Source of the DNA: Fonticula alba ATCC 38817
Taxonomy: Eukaryota; Protista; Nucleariida
Strand: one strand, 5' to 3'
Length of the DNA stretch: 20,756 nt
Assembly (NCBI GenBank): GCA_000388065.2
Contig: KB932205.1
Shown here in pieces: positions 18,229-20,756 of this stretch. The stretch's first letter is position 1. Every line of letters begins with the position of its first letter. The translations under genes were made by a program, and so were the position numbers. Under the pieces are notes generated by a model. It worked only from the letters and a program-made list of their open reading frames with translations, did no database searches and was not told the DNA's origin.

Positions 18229-19856
18229 GCCCCGGCCGTTTTTGCCGCCGCCTTGCGCGCAGGGGGGAAATACACGCGTGCAGGCGCCCCCCGAGAGACG
18301 ACACACGCCCGCGCAGGACCTTGAGCCGGGGGGGCAGGGGGTGGCGAGGGGAGGACCGGGTGACACATGTGCACGCCCCGGGGCCTCCCCAGTCGAGACC
18401 CGAGAGGCCGGCCGGCGGCGCGGGGGGCGGGGGGGAATTACCCGCGCGCGCGCGCGCCCCGAGCGACCCGGGGCCGCCCCAGACCAGACATGCCCCTAGC
18501 CCTGCTGGCCGGCGGGAATGCGCCCCTGGGTATGCCTCGGGGCAATCTCCGCGCGCCCCTTTCAACGCCGGGCGGCTGCGGGAGTCCCTGCGCAGTTTCC
18601 CCCCGCTGGGGGGGGGGGGGGGCGGCTGTGCTGTTTCCCCCCCCGGCTGTCGGGGTCCCGGGGCCGGCCGGGCCTGCGGCGCGCCGAGCCAAGTGCCCAC
18701 GCACCCGGCCCCCGGCCCCTGGCAATTTCGGCCGCGCGCCGCCCGGCCGGCGACGAGAGAATGGCAGGGGCTCATTTTGCGGCGGCGGCGGCGGCGGCGC
18801 GCGCGCGCGCGGGCGGCGGATCGCAGCCCCGCATGGCTGGCGCGCGGGCTGGCGCACGCACGCCGGCGGGGGCCAGATCGTGGCCCGGCGCGGCCCTTTG
18901 TCCGGCTCCGCACCGGACACGCGCGCAGATCGAGCGGGGGACGCCCGGGCAACGCGCGTGCGCGCGCCCGCGCCGGACATTTGCCCGGCGAAGGGGCCGG
19001 CCGGGCCGCGACGCCGGGCAATGGCGCGGCCAGATTGCCCACCGGGCGCCGCGGCGCGGCCAGGTCCCTCTCCCCCCCCCCCCCCGGCCGGCGGCCCCGC
19101 GCGCCGCACCGAATGGCGCCCGTGCATATTGCCTCGGGCCGGGGCGCACGCGAGCGGGCTTTGGCCCATGGCCGGTTGCCAAGGGCCGGCGGCCCCCGGC
19201 GCCCGGCGCATCGCTCCTGGCGGTATTGCCGCCGGCGAGGGGGAGTGGGACCGGGTCCCGGAACGCCGGGGCCGCATCCCGGGCCCCCTCCCCGGCCGTC
19301 AGCCGTGTTGCGAGGCGCGCCTCGTCAGGAGCAGATCTTTTGGGCCGGCACCTGGCGCCGGGCCGACGCCGGGTCTGCCTCCCTGGGCGACCGGGGCGCG
19401 CGCGCCCGGGAGAGACCCCGGCCTGCGCGGGCGCCGCCGCGCCCGGCGCCCGTCGGGCCCACTCGGCGCCAAGGGGCCCGGCGTGAGAAGGGCGCGGCAG
19501 CATGCCGGCAGGGGGGGGGGGGGCCGGCGCGTGGGACACCGCCAGGGCCCGGCGCGATCCCCCCGCCCCCCTCCCCAGACACGGCCGCAGCGCCCGTGCC
19601 CGCCGACGGGCCTCGCCCACCGGGACAGGCCGCGAGCGAGTGAAATGCCAGGCCGTCGACGGGCCACCGGTCCGCGGCCGGCGGCATCACCCTTTCCCCG
19701 CTCCCGGCCTGCGTCCTCGCTGCTTTTCAATCTCCCTCCCCCCCTTGCTGCGCCTCCTCCTCCTCGGGCGCCTCCTTTCGGCCTGGCTGACGCGCGCGCG
19801 CTCCCGCGCCACTCTCACCCCCCCCCCCCCCCCGCTCGCGCGATCCGGTGCGCGCC

Positions 19857-20756
19857 ATGTCTTTGCGCAGGCTCCTGTGTGCCCTCGCGGCCGTGCTGGC
19901 CGTCGCCGTGTACCTGGCGGCGCCGGCCGCGGGCGCCCCCTCCCCGGGGCAGGCGGCCGGCCTCGCGGCCTGCTCGACCGGGTGCGCCCTGTGCGACGAG
20001 CCGGCCGACGCGTGCCTCACCTGCGAGGCCGGGTACTTCCTGCTGGCGGGGGCCTGCGTGGATGAGTGCCCGGCCGGCACATTCACCGACATGGGCGCCT
20101 GCGCCCCCTGCTCGGACGACTGCCAGGCGTGCGTCGCGGCCGACGACTGCCGCCTCTGCCAGCCCGGCACCTATCTCCTGGCCGGCGCGTGCGTGGCCGA
20201 CTGCCCGGCCGGCATGCACCCGGCGGCCGACACGTGCGAGGCCTGCGCCGCCGGCTGCGCCGCCTGCTCCTCGGCCGCCGATTGCCAGGCCTGCCAGCCC
20301 GGCATGGACCTCCACAATGGGACCTGCGTGGCCGACTGCCCGGCCGGGACCTTCTCCGCGGCCGGCGCCTGTGCCCCCTGCCCCGGGGGCTGTGCCTCGT
20401 GCGCCTCGGCCGCCGAGTGCCTCGCCTGCCAGGATGGCCACCTCATGCATGCGGGGGCCTGCGTGACGGACTGCCCGGCCGGGATGCATGCCGGCCCGGG
20501 CGCCTGCGAGCCCTGCCCGGCGGACTGCGCCGCCTGCACCTCGGCCGCCGATTGCCAGGCCTGCCAGCCCGGCAGGCTGCTCCTTGCCGGGGCCACCTGT
20601 GTGGCCGAGTGCCCGGCCGGCATGTTCCCCGAGGCCGGGGCGTGCGAGGCCTGCCCGGCCGGCTGCGCCGCCTGCGCCTCGGCCACCGCGTGCCAGGCCT
20701 GCCACGAGGGCGGCCTCCTGCTGGCGGGGGCCTGCGTGGATGCCTGCCCGGCCGGC
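19857..20756 (+). CDS. Secreted or surface Cys-rich FU-repeat protein, 5' part only (runs off window; absent from ORF track because no stop)
   Basis: cgcgccATG; signal peptide MSLRRLLCALAAVLAVAVYLAAPAAG; then regular 45-aa CPAG...CxxC repeats starting at 20067, 20202, 20337, 20472, 20610 and 20745. Open for 300 codons to the window end. Confidence 0.9.
   Translation, partial: MSLRRLLCALAAVLAVAVYLAAPAAGAPSPGQAAGLAACSTGCALCDEPADACLTCEAGYFLLAGACVDECPAGTFTDMGACAPCSDDCQACVAADDCRLCQPGTYLLAGACVADCPAGMHPAADTCEACAAGCAACSSAADCQACQPGMDLHNGTCVADCPAGTFSAAGACAPCPGGCASCASAAECLACQDGHLMHAGACVTDCPAGMHAGPGACEPCPADCAACTSAADCQACQPGRLLLAGATCVAECPAGMFPEAGACEACPAGCAACASATACQACHEGGLLLAGACVDACPAG

Noticed and set aside
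18159-19856. Long ORFs in the region upstream of gene 3 (18159..19643, 18367..20466 and others)
   Set aside because: Arg/Gly/Pro/Ala low-complexity products, starting inside a tRNA or out of frame with the real gene 3.

Overview
A very GC-rich eukaryotic window with two N-gaps (8206-9188 and 17685-17694). Gene content, fungal-type CTAAC branch motifs and poly-C/G runs resemble the holomycotan amoeba Fonticula alba; this taxon call is my inference, not a database result. All recognisable genes are on the + strand. (1) A ~1919-aa type I membrane protein: signal peptide, long furin-like (FU) CxxC repeat ectodomain, TM and an 18-aa tail, 2 exons, 611-6567. (2) tRNA-Val(AAC). (3) A ~2238-aa receptor kinase: signal peptide, two unrecognised Cys-poor domains, FU repeats, TM and a non-RD TKL-type Ser/Thr kinase, 5 exons, 9210-17147. 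(4) An identical tRNA-Val(AAC) plus a tRNA-Gly(GCC)/tRNA-Thr(AGT) pair 7 nt apart; this block appears twice around a 10-N gap, most likely an assembly artefact. (5) The 5' part of a third signal-peptide FU-repeat protein, 19857 to window end. Highlights: a tRNA-punctuated array of Cys-rich surface genes pairing a kinase-less receptor with a non-RD receptor kinase; a probable dicistronic tRNA; and an intron whose best branch motif lies ~500 nt from the acceptor across a 362-nt alternating purine-pyrimidine tract. Most other ORFs in the track are GC/codon-bias shadows.
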